Of a stretch of 63,846 nucleotides of DNA, positions 11,991 to 23,074 are shown in pieces. Position numbers and translations under genes: made by a program. How positions within the stretch are numbered: position 1 is the stretch's first letter; every line of letters begins with the position of its first letter. The notes beneath the pieces are model-generated. The model was given only the letters and a program-made list of their open reading frames with translations, was not told the DNA's origin and searched no databases. The DNA is taken from positions 3,658,155-3,722,000 of the forward strand of contig NW_024704771.1 of NCBI RefSeq assembly GCF_018977255.1. The letters are read 5' to 3'. Origin of the DNA: Callorhinchus milii (lineage: Eukaryota).

Positions 11991-12272
11991 CTCCTTATAC
12001 AGTAAGTGCAGTGGCTCAGTATTGACAATGTGCAGGAGCCGTGTCGCGGCTGCTCAGTGACGTTGGCCACAGACGGCGTTCCCTGCTCGGGGTACAATGT
12101 GGAGCTGACGTCTCCCAGGAAGACCCCGTGCTCTGCCCCGCCCTTCACTTCCCGTCACAAACTCAGCTCCAAACTGGTGTGGGGAAACGCACAGAATCAA
12201 ACACTCGGCATCGTCCAAACCTCCAGGTTATAACAGTCAAACAGAGGGAATGGCTGAGGGTTTTCCTCCTCA

Positions 12273-12805
12273 TTAACCTGTCACTGGGCAGATTCTCAGA
12301 GATTTTCCGTCATCCTTATGCCCGGGATTGAAGAGAGGATAAAGTTTATCAGTGAAAGTTTGGGAGAAAGTGTGGAGATGAGACATGTTGTCAGCGTTGT
12401 AAAATGTCACCTGTCCCTCCTCATAGTCCAGGTACACCCCGATCTTCCCGGGTCTCACTGTCAGCTTGAGGCGGGTGGGAGGTGAAGACAGAGCCCGATA
12501 GACACCTTCCCACAGCCAAGCACCCCAGACCCCGTCGTCTGGTGACCACGTGATTGGTCGTTTCCTGTTGACAGACTCTCTGCTCACTCCCACAGTCCAC
12601 TCAGTTTTGTTGCCCACCTGCACCTCCCAGTAATGTCTCCCTGATGTGAAGCCCTCAGATCCCAGGACAATGGGATCTTTACTAAACCTCTTCGGGGAGT
12701 CAGGGAGTGGCTGCCATTCGTCTCCACGTATCACACTGGTCAGGTCCTCAGACAGGATGAGCCGGGGATGGGCTGTGTCAGGATCCAGAGTCAGAGAGAC
12801 CGGAG
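12273..12805 (-). CDS. Butyrophilin-like gene A, terminal B30.2 (PRY-SPRY) exon
   Basis: [40 protein letters not shown] and LYPLFNP motifs; CAG acceptor, phase 1; open to TAA. Confidence 0.92.
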
Positions 12806-12879
12806 CTGAGTGAGAGAAATAACACAAAGTGGAGTGAGGGGGAAATCCACAAATTCAGACTTTGTGCAAAAACATCTGG

Positions 12880-13325
12880 GAACAAAGGCTCACAATGTGT
12901 GTAGTTGTGGGAGGTGTGTGGGTGTGTGTGGGGGTGGGGGGTGAGGGTGTGTGTGTGGGAATGTGAGGGTATATGTGTGTGGTGGGGGTGAGGGTGTGTG
13001 TGGGGGGGATGTTTGTGGGAGGGGGGCAATGTGAGGGTGTTTTGTGGGGGCAACGTGTATGGGGGGATGTGTGTGTGGGGGATGTAAACCCCCTTGGGTG
13101 TGGGGGAATGTGACGGTGTGTGAGAGTGGGGGGCTGAGGACGTGGGGGGGGTGTCAGGATGTTTGTGGGGGTGTTTAGGGTGTGTGGGGGGGCTGTGTTT
13201 TTTGGGAGGGGAATGTGTGTATGGGGGGGTGGAATGTGATGGTATGTGTGGATGTGAAGGTGTGTGCGCGTGGGGGAGATGTAAGGGCATGTGTGTGTGT
13301 GTGTGTGGTGGGGTGGGTGGGGGGG
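12880..13325. repeat. GT/G-rich low-complexity microsatellite
   Basis: Imperfect (GT)n and G runs. Confidence 0.9.
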
Positions 13326-13452
13326 AGGGCCCATGTGAATGTATTCATTCCACACATCACTGAGCTCCATTCAGACCCTCAGTCCCAGTGTTTAGCAATG
13401 AAGGCGACAGGTTTATGTGAATATTATGTTCTCTGGTTACTGAGACTCTTAC

Positions 13453-13479
13453 CTGCACAGTGGGTAAGCTTTCTCCTGT
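13453..13479 (-). CDS. BTN-like gene A, 27-nt cytoplasmic microexon (xRRKLTHCA)
   Basis: TTCCAG acceptor, GTAAGA donor, phase 1-1; identical exon in gene B at 29604-29630. Confidence 0.75.
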
Positions 13480-13569
13480 CTGGAAACAAGAAGAAAGGAG
13501 AGGTGATCAGGTCAGTGCTCTCGGCCATGTTTGTCCCCAGCCACAGATTTTAATGTGTGAGAGGCTGAA

Positions 13570-13900
13570 TAATAATAATAATAATAATAATAATCCTTGC
13601 ATTTGATATAGCGCTTTTCACGTCGGGAGGACGTCCCAAAGCGCTTCACAGAACACACTGTAAAGTGAATTGACTGTATATTTGTGGGCGAACGCGGCAG
13701 CCAATTGCGCACAGCAATGTCCCACAAACAGTCGTAGATTGAAAATGACCAATTTATTATTGTTTTTGGTTTTGGAGGGATTATTATTAGGCTCTGTGTG
13801 GAGTAAGGAAACTTGCCCAAGGTTTGGCCCTCTGCCTGGAATTGAACTCAGGTCTCTCGCTTGCAAAGCGAGTGCTCTAACCACTGAGCTACAGGACTCC
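13570..13900 (-). mobile_element. Young-subfamily tRNA-Ala SINE
   Basis: Near-identical to 35390-35709, 57062-57396 and (inverted) 52080-52405; anticodon loop TTTGCAA. Confidence 0.9.
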
Positions 13901-13969
13901 ACAAATATTAAATAAGGGGATAATTTTCTATACAAATTGTAGAGAAACAACAGGACCATAACACTGGAC

Positions 13970-14295
13970 TGTGATAAAGGTCGTGTGACCCAGGTTTGAT
14001 TCCAGGGCAAAGCCTTAAGCAAGTTTTCTTTCTCCACATACCTCTGTTTAAATAGCAGTAACTGGATGATTTGTTTGTTGATTTGCGGATCACTTTCGTG
14101 GGCAATTATCCCTCAAAAATAAATAATTTGATATTGTAATCCATGACTGTTTGTGGGATGCTGCTGTGCGCAATTGGCTGCCACATTTCACCCACAAAAT
14201 ATAGTCACTCCACTTTACAATATATTCTGTGAAGCGCTTTGAGAAGTCTCAATGACGTGATAAGGCGCTACATCAAATGCAAGGATTATTATTAT
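13970..14295 (+). mobile_element. tRNA-derived SINE, inverted relative to 13570-13900
   Basis: Degenerate head, conserved body and tail. Confidence 0.8.
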
Positions 14296-15299
14296 ATTGT
14301 GTTTCTGGTCCAACAAGGAGGGAGCAGCCCCAGAACTAACTCTAGGAAATGAAGTCAGGAAAGGAAGTCATGTCAGAAGGGAACATTGGTAAATAACGAC
14401 CGTCACACAATTAGAATTAATACCATAATCAAACCAGTTGGAAGAGTCTCAGGTAAAGGTTTGGACCGAAAAAGTAATGAGATGTGAGGGACCTGGAGTT
14501 CTAAATAGACCTAAATAGATATAACTGTGAAATATGTCAATGAGATTTCAGCACAACAGAAACAGTTGGTTGGTTTTGCTTACCCAGGCTTAGCTGAAGA
14601 GCTGTGGAATAGAAAATAAAATTGTTACCACCGAAAAATGGTTAAGACAGTAACAAACCTATTCTGAACATTGTATTATGGTGATGAATAATCTGCATCT
14701 TTACAACTTTAACCAGCGTTATAAATTACAGCAAATAAAACTCAACAGTTCACTATAATTCACCCGGGCTCTCGCCTCTGAGTCAGACGCCTGTCAGAGA
14801 CTTTCTCCACCTCCATAACATACCCACTTCCACCCCGACCTCCCCCTCGGGCCGCTGAGACCCTGATCCATGCATTCATGTTGTCCAGCCTAGATTATAC
14901 CAACTCTCTACTGCTGCACTATTTTCCCTTCATAAACTGCAGACTATGCAGAACTCTGCAGCTCGTGTCCTTTCCTGCACTGAGCTCTGCTCCCCATCAC
15001 CCCCATCTTTGCCCGGCTTCACTGGCTCCCCATCCGCCAGCGAATCGAGTTCAAGTTCCTCGACCTCACCTTCAAATCCCTCAATGTTCCACCCGACCTC
15101 TGCCACCTCCTCAAGGCTTCAAATACTATCACTGCCTCCACTCCGTGGCCACCAGCCTGCTTCACGTCCCCACCCTCCCCACCCACCATCAGTGGTCAGG
15201 CTTTCAGCCGATCTGCCCCCACTCTCTGGAGCCCGGAGTCTCTTCATCTCCTCCCCCTATTCACAATCATTGTTAAACTTCTTTTATATTGATATATAC

Positions 15300-15795
15300 A
15301 CACACCCTCAACCACCCACCCACCCTCACCCAGCCTCAGCCACCCACCCACCCACCATCACCCAGCCTCAGCCACCCACCCACCCACCATCACCCAGCCT
15401 CAGCCACCCACCCACCCACCATCACCCAGCCTCAGCCAACCACCCACCATCACCCAGCCTCAGCCACCCACCCACCCACCATCACCCAGCCTCAGCCACC
15501 CACCCACCCACCATCACCCAGCCTCAGCCAACCACCCACCCACCATCACCCAGCATTCAACCACCCACCCACCCACCATCACCCAGCCTCAGCCACCCAC
15601 CCACCCACCATCACCCAGCCTCAGCCAACCACCCACCCACCATCGCCCAGCCTCAGTCAACCACCCACCCACCATCACCAAGCCTCAGCCAACCACCCAC
15701 CCTCACCCGCCCGCCCTCAACCAACCACCCACCGACACTCACCCACCCACACCTACTCACCCACCCTCAACCACACTCACTCACCATCCACACTC
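15300..15795. repeat. C-rich minisatellite (unit about CACCCACCCACCATCACCCAGCCTCAGC)
   Basis: Direct tandem repetition. Confidence 0.9.
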
Positions 15796-16061
15796 ACCCA
15801 ATAAAAGGGTTATTCCCACAAACTGACGACGTACAAAAAACACACCCATGTTATTGCCACGAGCTAAACCCCTCTCTCTGTCTCTGTGGATTGTGAACTG
15901 GATTAGAATGATCCTGTGTTACTAGATCAACCTCTGACCCACACAATCACATAAAACTTTACCGGTCATTCTATATCAAAGTTTATAAAACTTATACTTT
16001 TACATGAAAACAAACTGTGTTCTGTGACTTATGATGAAAGAGATTATTGATGGGAATTTAC

Positions 16062-16181
16062 CATTGATATCTCTGCGCTGTTTTACACTGTAGCCGATAA
16101 GAACAATCAGCACCAATATGGCAAGTGCTAAGAACACTGAGGAAATCACCAAACCCACTGGCACTTTGGGAAAGAACTCGT
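16062..16181 (-). CDS. BTN-like gene A, transmembrane exon (DEFFPKVPVGLVISSVFLALAILVLIVLIGYSVKQRRDIN)
   Basis: 120 nt, phase 1-1, hydrophobic stretch followed by basic stop-transfer residues. Confidence 0.88.
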
Positions 16182-16877
16182 CTGTTGAGAAATGTAAATA
16201 GACATTTAAACATCTATTCTGATTTCAAACAGCTACCTATTTACCCACATGTGACTATACTACACACAACACAAGCCTTTCACACTCTATACGTATCTCT
16301 GTCCTGCTAATAGCAATGTCACATCTCACTGTTACATGAATATATTCCATTAAAATCACTGATGGGAGAGGAAAACATGGCTTCATCATCTCAGGGTTGG
16401 GATAGACATTGTAAACCCTAAAGTTCATTATCTAAATATATGAGTGTTAAACTAAGGGCTACAATTAACCTTATTACTCACCTCAATCGTTCCCAATATC
16501 CAATTCTCTTAATTTTACCGATGTAATTGTATAGGATGCTATAAATTTGTAATAAATAAATCTAAATATTAATTTACGTATCAAATGCAAGGATTTTTTA
16601 TTATAAATGTGTTTTATTGTCAGGTCAAACAATTTGGAGAGCAGGGCAGGCGAGGACAGGAAGCAGGCAGTGTTTGCTGAGGGGAGGCAGTGCCCAGGGA
16701 GGTAAGTTTAATAAAATATCTTTAACTCAAAAGTACTCAGCTGCTGGAGAAGGTTAATGCCACGTCAGCTCACTGGACACTTTTAAGAAACAGGTTGGAG
16801 CTGGAATGGAAGGTGGTGGGTTTGGTATTTTGAGAAGATGTGATCAAATGGGCTGAAGGGTTTTCTTTATCTGCAAT

Positions 16878-17460
16878 GGGGTCTCCTCGGAGCTGAACTG
16901 GCCCCAAGGTGAAATGTTTGGCAACGGAAAGTTGGAATCGAGCCAGGCCTCTGTGACGGTCTCTGGTCCGGTTCCTGAGCCGCAGTATTCCAGGGCACTC
17001 ACTGCTGATGGCTCCACAGCCCAGCCTGGCTCATCGGCAGGAGCTGGAAGGACCGACCACCCACTGGAGGCAGGGAATCATCCCACTCAGCTCCTGCAGC
17101 CAAACCCCTAACTAACAGGTAGGGTGGTCCTAGCTGGAGAAACAGTAGGAAAGCTTGCCTGACTATGATAGCAATGGTAAGCTGTATGGTTTTAGCTGAT
17201 TAGACTCTAGCAGTTACCCCAACACACACTATGGGGTCCCCAAGCCTTGGCTCTTGCCAACCTGTGCCTAATACTCTCCGGAATTAGGTCAGCAGGATGC
17301 ATCCCTCCAGGGAGAGAGTGCGCATTCCATTCTAACAGTCTGTCTCTGGGATTTCCATGTGTAGGTGGATGCCTGGAAATTCTCAGTTGGGTTTGGAGAC
17401 TCTTAAGCATCGAGATAGGTTTCTGAATGTGTCAGAAACACAGCTGACCAAACAAAATCC
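16878..17460. mobile_element. Unclassified 583-bp insertion, absent from the paralogous intron of gene B
   Basis: Its flanks join directly in gene B (about 33345-33480); candidate degenerate 9-bp TSD ATCTGCAAT (16869-16877) / ATCTGAACT (17461-17469). Confidence 0.65.
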
Positions 17461-17554
17461 ATCTGAACTGATCTTGTATTCACTTTGTTTCTTACAAAAC
17501 CAGCAGCACATCTATCAAACTGTCACTAATATCTCAGTCCATGTGGTCACTGAC

Positions 17555-17600
17555 CTGAGATGGAGTTTTCCTTCTTGTTCATTTCTCTCGAGACCTAGTG
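17555..17600 (-). pseudogene. Relic duplicate of the 3' end of the IgC exon, with its donor
   Basis: ATATCTCAGTCCATGTGGTCACTGACCTGAGAT occurs both here and at the functional IgC donor (17935). Confidence 0.6.
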
Positions 17601-17934
17601 ATGTTATTGACTCATTACTCACTGTATCCAAACAGTGTGAGGTAACAGTAAATAAATAGGCCAGGAGGATGCTGAGTTTTATTACCAAATCACCTCAACT
17701 CAACTCCCCAGAAACAATTGTGAAACAGCACAGTTCTCTGGTCAGGTCACACCTGGATATTATACACAGATCTGACCACCTCAAAATAATGACATCAGAA
17801 GGTCCTGAGGACAACGCAGAAAACTACAGAGGCTGATCCTCAATATCCTGGTTACATCTGATAGAAATCACTTCATGTGTTACAGAAACCAACACCATTT
17901 CTCACACAATATCTCAGTCCATGTGGTCACTGAC

Positions 17935-18207
17935 CTGAGATTTGGAATCTTGTTTCTTGTTCATCTTCTGAATTGCGAATCAGAAACCTGATCTTGTTGG
18001 TTGAATGTTTTATTTCTATTTGACTGTTAATGTTGAAGAGATCTTTAGAATTCTTGCTGACTGTCAAGTGACTGAGTTTTGTTAAGTTGTTTCCCTGATC
18101 ATCAACCCACAGAGCCTCTGGTGCTGGGAACCATCCACTGGATTCACACAGCAGCCTCACACCACCATTGTGTTCATCAACGTGAATCCAAGGCTGACTG
18201 CCAAGTC
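17935..18207 (-). CDS. BTN-like gene A, IgC exon (GLGSQPWIHVDEHNGGVRLLCESSGWFPAPEALW...KIRFLIRNSEDEQETRFQIS)
   Basis: 273 nt, phase 1-1; BTN-type LG S.P...G+RL.C.S.GWFP.P motif; second Cys replaced by Phe. Confidence 0.9.
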
Positions 18208-18776
18208 CTGCAAGAGACAGAAGATGTGAATCAGACATAATAATACTTGCATTTGATATAGTGCCTTATATCGTTGAGACGTCTCAAAGCGCTTCATAGA
18301 GTATACTTTGTGGGCGAAACACGGCAGACAATTGCGCAAAGCAGTGTCCCACAAACAGTCGTGGATTGAGGGTCAGATCAGTTCAGATGGATTGTTTTTA
18401 AAAAAGGGATTATTACACCCAGAAAGCGATCTGCTGATCGACTAACAACCAGGTTCCTATTTAATGGTAGGTAAACAGAGGCATGTGGTGTACGGAAATG
18501 TAAGGTTTTGCCCTGTCCAGGAATCAAATTCAGGTCCTCTCGCTTGTGGAGCAAGCACTCTAACCACACACGGAATGAACCATATTTACACACAGGACAT
18601 TACAGTCCAGTAACTTTACTGAAGCCACATTTGCAACATTCTGACTACATTTATACGGATTCGTTCGTTTTCCTGTGTATGTCACGCATTTTATTTTGAA
18701 CAGAAATAACATCAACAAATAATGAACACTTGTTGTACCCACAGATTATATAAAATAAATTGTAAACATTACTGAC

Positions 18777-19124
18777 CTATAACGTTCAAGTTTACCTCTG
18801 CCTCTTCGTGGAAACTGCCGAGCTGAACATAACACGTGTACTGTCCATTATCTGACCCCCGCACATCTTGCAGTCTGAGAGACACATTGCCGTTCATAAT
18901 CTCCTCTACAAACAGTCCTGTCCTGTGTCTGTAGGCTGTATCCTGCTCACTTGGCTGCTCATGTCCCTCATTGTATAAGATCACAGGGGAGTCGTATCTC
19001 GTCCTGAACCATCTCACCTCCAGACGCTCTAGTGACAGGTGTGTGGAACACTTACAGTCCAGGACAACATCCGAACCAGCAGTGGCTGGGACAGGGTGGT
19101 CAGGGCCACTGACTGTGAATCTCT
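18777..19124 (-). CDS. BTN-like gene A, IgV exon
   Basis: 348 nt, phase 1-1; F.V.GP..P+.A..G.DVVL.C, EVRWFR, YR.RT.L, GNVSLRL..VR.SD.G.Y.C motifs. Confidence 0.92.
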
Positions 19125-19479
19125 CTGTGAATCTCTCTGGTTAATAACAAACAATGGACACAATTAGGATTTTCAGAATCAAACTGACTCTGACAAACTC
19201 TGTCAATAGACAGTCACTCATGTTAGCAGTGTTAGGATACTCAGAGAAACCTCAGCAAATCTCTCAAACTGCCTGGTCAGGTTAGCCCATCAGGTGATGT
19301 CTCTCACAGGCTGGAAGGGTTGGAGACATTGGCTGTAAATTCACCTGAAGCCAGTTTGTACATAGCGTCTGTTAGACAGAGAAACAATACATTAGGCAGC
19401 TCATCGAGTCTGTGATAATACTGGAAGTCTCATGTGACAATTTTCATATATTGAAAGAGGGAAATCAACAGATTCCAAT

Positions 19480-20770
19480 ACAAAATGACATTTGTACAGC
19501 GCCTTTCAAGTCGAGAGGACGTCCTTAGGTGATGAATAGAAGAATCCGAGCGTTGGGGGGGGGAGGGGGTGAAGGGTTTGGGATGAGGGAGAGAGGTAGG
19601 AGGGCGGCTGAAGGCATGGTCGAAAAAGAGGGTCTTGAGATGTGCCTTGAAGGAGGCAATGGAGGGGGCAAGGTGAAGGGATGGTGGGATGGAGTTCCAA
19701 AGGGTGGGGCAGAGGCTGAAAGCTTGGCCGCTGATGGTAGGGCGGGTCGGACGGGAGACATGGAGCAGGCCAGAGCCTGTTGAATGGAGGGAGCGGGCAG
19801 TAGGTCAGTAGGTCAGAGAGGTAGGAGGGGGCAAGGTCATGGATGACCTTCAAAGTGAGGACGAGGATTTTGAATTCTATCCTCTGAGGGATGGGGATCC
19901 AGTGGAGTCGGGTGAGGGTGGGGAGGCATTCAGAACAGAGGCAGAGGGAAGCTAGGAGGGTGGAGACATCAGAGATGAATGTGGGGGAGGTGTTGGAGGG
20001 GTGTTAAATGAGCAGACTTTTTAGGGAAAGATTGGAGGGATGGAGGGAAAACAACCGACAACAACAAATTACATTTGTATAGCACCTTTCAATGTCGGTA
20101 GAACCCAGTCGCTGGACAGCCAGAGATTTGGACCCAAGCAAGGTGTGATCAAGAGGGATTGAGGACAGGGAGGGTAAGGTTTGGAAGGTGGCCGAAGACA
20201 CCAGCAAAGAGGGTCTTGAGACATGCCTTGAAGGAGCGAGCAAGACGAAGGGACTGTAGGATGGAAAGGGTGGGGGCAGAGAGGCTTAAAGCCTGACTGC
20301 CAATGGTGGTAGGGCGGGGGGGAAGGTTGTGGAGCAGGCCGGAGCTTGCTAAGCAGAGGGAGTGGACAGGTTGATATGGCGTTAGTAGTCATAGAGGTAG
20401 AAGGGAGCAAGGCCGTGGAGGACTTTAAAGGCTAGGATGAGGATTTTGAACTCTATCCTCTGGGGGAAGGGAAACCAGTAGAGCCAACCCGGGCCTGGTG
20501 CGAGAGAATACACAAACTGCAGAGTTCTGGTTGATCTGCAGCTTGCGGAGGGATGAGATGGGAAGGCTGACAAGCGGGAAGTTGGCATAGTCAAGCCTAG
20601 ATATAATAACCGTGTGGATGAGGGTTTCGGTGATCTGAGGGGAGAGGAAGCGGCGAAGCCGGGCGAGTTGCGGAAGTGGGGGAAGGCAGAATGGGTCATG
20701 GCACGGATGTGGGGTAGAAAAGACAGTTGAGGGTCAAAAAAGATGCCAAGGTTCCGGACTGGAGGGGTCC
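19480..20770 (-). mobile_element. Degenerate L2 LINE fragments
   Basis: L2 ORF2 C-terminal peptides (IEFKILILAFKVLHGLAP.YL) and L2 3' tail. Confidence 0.75.
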
Positions 20771-21277
20771 AAAGAGGGAGTGGGAGGAGAAGTGTGCGCG
20801 AAGTTGATTGGATATACTGTAAAGGGTAGTAACTGGCTTTTTGTGGGGGAATGCATCAGCCAATTTGTCCACAGCAGCATCCCACAAAAAGCCAGTAATA
20901 GGACAGTAATCCTGTCATGCGGAAAGTGCTCTCTCTCCCCAAAGTTGTCATCTGATGGCTACGATGGAAACTAACCAACTAACTCACAGACCTGTAGTTA
21001 TTTGCATTTGTTCCTTCTTCACATCTTGACTAATGGTCTGACATTCAATACTTTCCAATCTCCTGATCACAGAATCCAGTTGATGTCTATTGTACCTGAT
21101 GTATCTATCACCTCATTTGCCAGTGACCAATGTCATGTCTGAAAACTGAGGGAGAACATTAGCAGCTCTCAGTGTGTGAATCACACTCACTCACAGCCAC
21201 TGCCTTCAGCAGCTCTCCCTTTACCTTCAGCAATTTAACACCAACAGAAATCAAACAGATTCAATGTGTTTCCTTAC

Positions 21278-21335
21278 CAGTCAGTGAGAGGGGAAGCACA
21301 AGCCATAGGACCTGAATACCGTGTTTCCAGCTCAT
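21278..21335 (-). CDS. BTN-like gene A, signal peptide exon (MSWKHGIQVLWLVLPLSLT)
   Basis: ATG, 58 nt, phase-1 donor GTAAGG; same peptide in gene B. Confidence 0.85.
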
Positions 21336-22459
21336 CTTCTCGGGCCTTCACAATGAGATCAGAACTGGTCATAACACAGAAAATCAGGTAATTACACATT
21401 TGTGATCAAACATAATTAATAAAAATATGACACCTAACTAATAATTCTCTGGTCTTAGAACATGTACTTTGCTTTTAGAGACAAACAGGAAGAAATTCCC
21501 TTCTCTTTTGTAATATTGTTATGGGATCTTTAACTGGGGTGTTCTCATGAGGAACATGACTTTCCTATTTTATTTCCTGTTTTTCCTGGAGCTGAACCTT
21601 ACATTTGACAACCATCAGGATTACTATTTTTTACATGTCCAGTAAACTCCTGATAACTCGACCCTGGCTTAACTTGTCGCTATCACTCAGGTCATTCACA
21701 GCAAACCTGGCAAGAGAACATTTAGCAAACATCAAACTCCACAAAGTGAAACCAGGAAATGGTGTCTCGGTAACACAGGAAACACAGTTTGATGCTTTTT
21801 ATCACAATATAATTGTACATTTCAGAAATCAATTTCTGGCACTTACCTGTTGACCTTTTCATCGGAAGAGAAGAATCTTCTGTAATAAAAGTAAATTAAA
21901 TGTGTGTCCGGGTGGCGATGGCCGGTTTGTGGCCCAGGAACAAGTCACGGTCAGACTGAGGGGCGTCGCGCTCACACAACAGGGAGCGCGAGCTCTGGCT
22001 ACTCTCTGTCTGTCTGTCTCTCTTTCTCTGTCTCTCTGTCTGCCTTTCTTTCTTTCTCTCTCTCTCTCTGTCTTTCTCTTTCTTTCAAACCACTTCAGCT
22101 GTAGTTTCCTGGGATTAACATTTATTTATCTGTGTGAGAATGTTATCATTTATCTTCTAATGACAGTGTAATCCTGTTAATGTTCTATTTCCTGTAGCTA
22201 CAAGCATGTGTCTGTAAATGACTGAATGTCAGGGTGTGTCTGCAAGTTACTGAATGTGAGTGTGTCTGTAAGTTACTGAGTGTAAGTTACTGAATGCAAG
22301 TCTCGTTGTCCGTAACCACACCTAAATACCTGAACATCACTTTCTGGTGCATGGATTACTATTAATTTAATCACAATAAACTGTGCTGTAGAATTCGATT
22401 CTCTGTATCTGAGTTTACAATGTTGTGTGAGCTCAGATGTCTGTGTTTCATTTCTTTAG

Positions 22460-22482
22460 GAGGAAAGTTCTCGGAAGAGAAG
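22460..22482 (+). pseudogene. TRIM relic, 23-nt exon (EESSRKR)
   Basis: TTTAG acceptor and GTATGA donor; a 23-nt exon is characteristic of B30.2-type TRIM genes. Confidence 0.65.
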
Positions 22483-22578
22483 GTATGAAATATTCTTACA
22501 AAACATCCCCGGAATTGAATGCGCAAACCAAACACAATGTGTAGTTTCACTTTATAATGTGAACGTTTCTTATTTCAG

Positions 22579-22694
22579 GATCAGCGAGGAGGGTTCTGAG
22601 CTGTCAGTGTCTGAGGGTGATCTGCCGGTGGGGATATACAAAGGGCCTGTACAGTACGCAGTCTGGAGAGAGATAATACACAGCATCAGCCCAG
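22579..22694 (+). pseudogene. TRIM relic, 116-nt linker exon (ISEEGSELSVSEGDLPVGIYKGPVQYAVWREIIHSISP)
   Basis: Matches the G.+KGP+QY.VW+EM...I.P linker of fish/shark TRIM39-like proteins; phases fit both neighbours. Confidence 0.8.
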
Positions 22695-22828
22695 GTACAT
22701 GTCTCCCATTCTCAGACTGAAGGTGTGGGAATATCTGACAGTCACCTGGAACCTAAAAAAATTAAAGATTGTTGTTGATGAAATGTCACTGCAGGGACAC
22801 AGCCCAGGGCTCTTTACTCTTGTAGTTA

Positions 22829-22847
22829 CCGTCAGCAGGTGGCGCTG
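22829..22847 (+). promoter_or_regulatory. CTCF-like motif (CCGTCAGCAGGTGGCGCTG)
   Basis: Match to the CTCF core consensus by eye. Confidence 0.4.
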
Positions 22848-23074
22848 TGCCAGAGTTTTCACCAATAACGACCTCCACACTGTCACCAGCGCTCTCTACT
22901 GGCGGCGGTACACCATCAGTGCTGTTTATCCTGTATTCAGCAACTGACCCTCTGATGTGGATCTCTCACCGGCTCACACACTGCCCCCCTAGTGCCCCGC
23001 CTTCCCTCCTGCAGCCCTCCTGCTCGGTGACCCCACTCACTCCACTTTGTGTGATTTCTCTCTCTCTCTCTCAG

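Noticed and set aside
12778-13370. His/Pro/Thr-rich ORFs
   Set aside because: Translation of a GT-rich microsatellite
14946-15896. 316-aa Pro/Ser-rich ORF
   Set aside because: L2 fragment fused to a minisatellite
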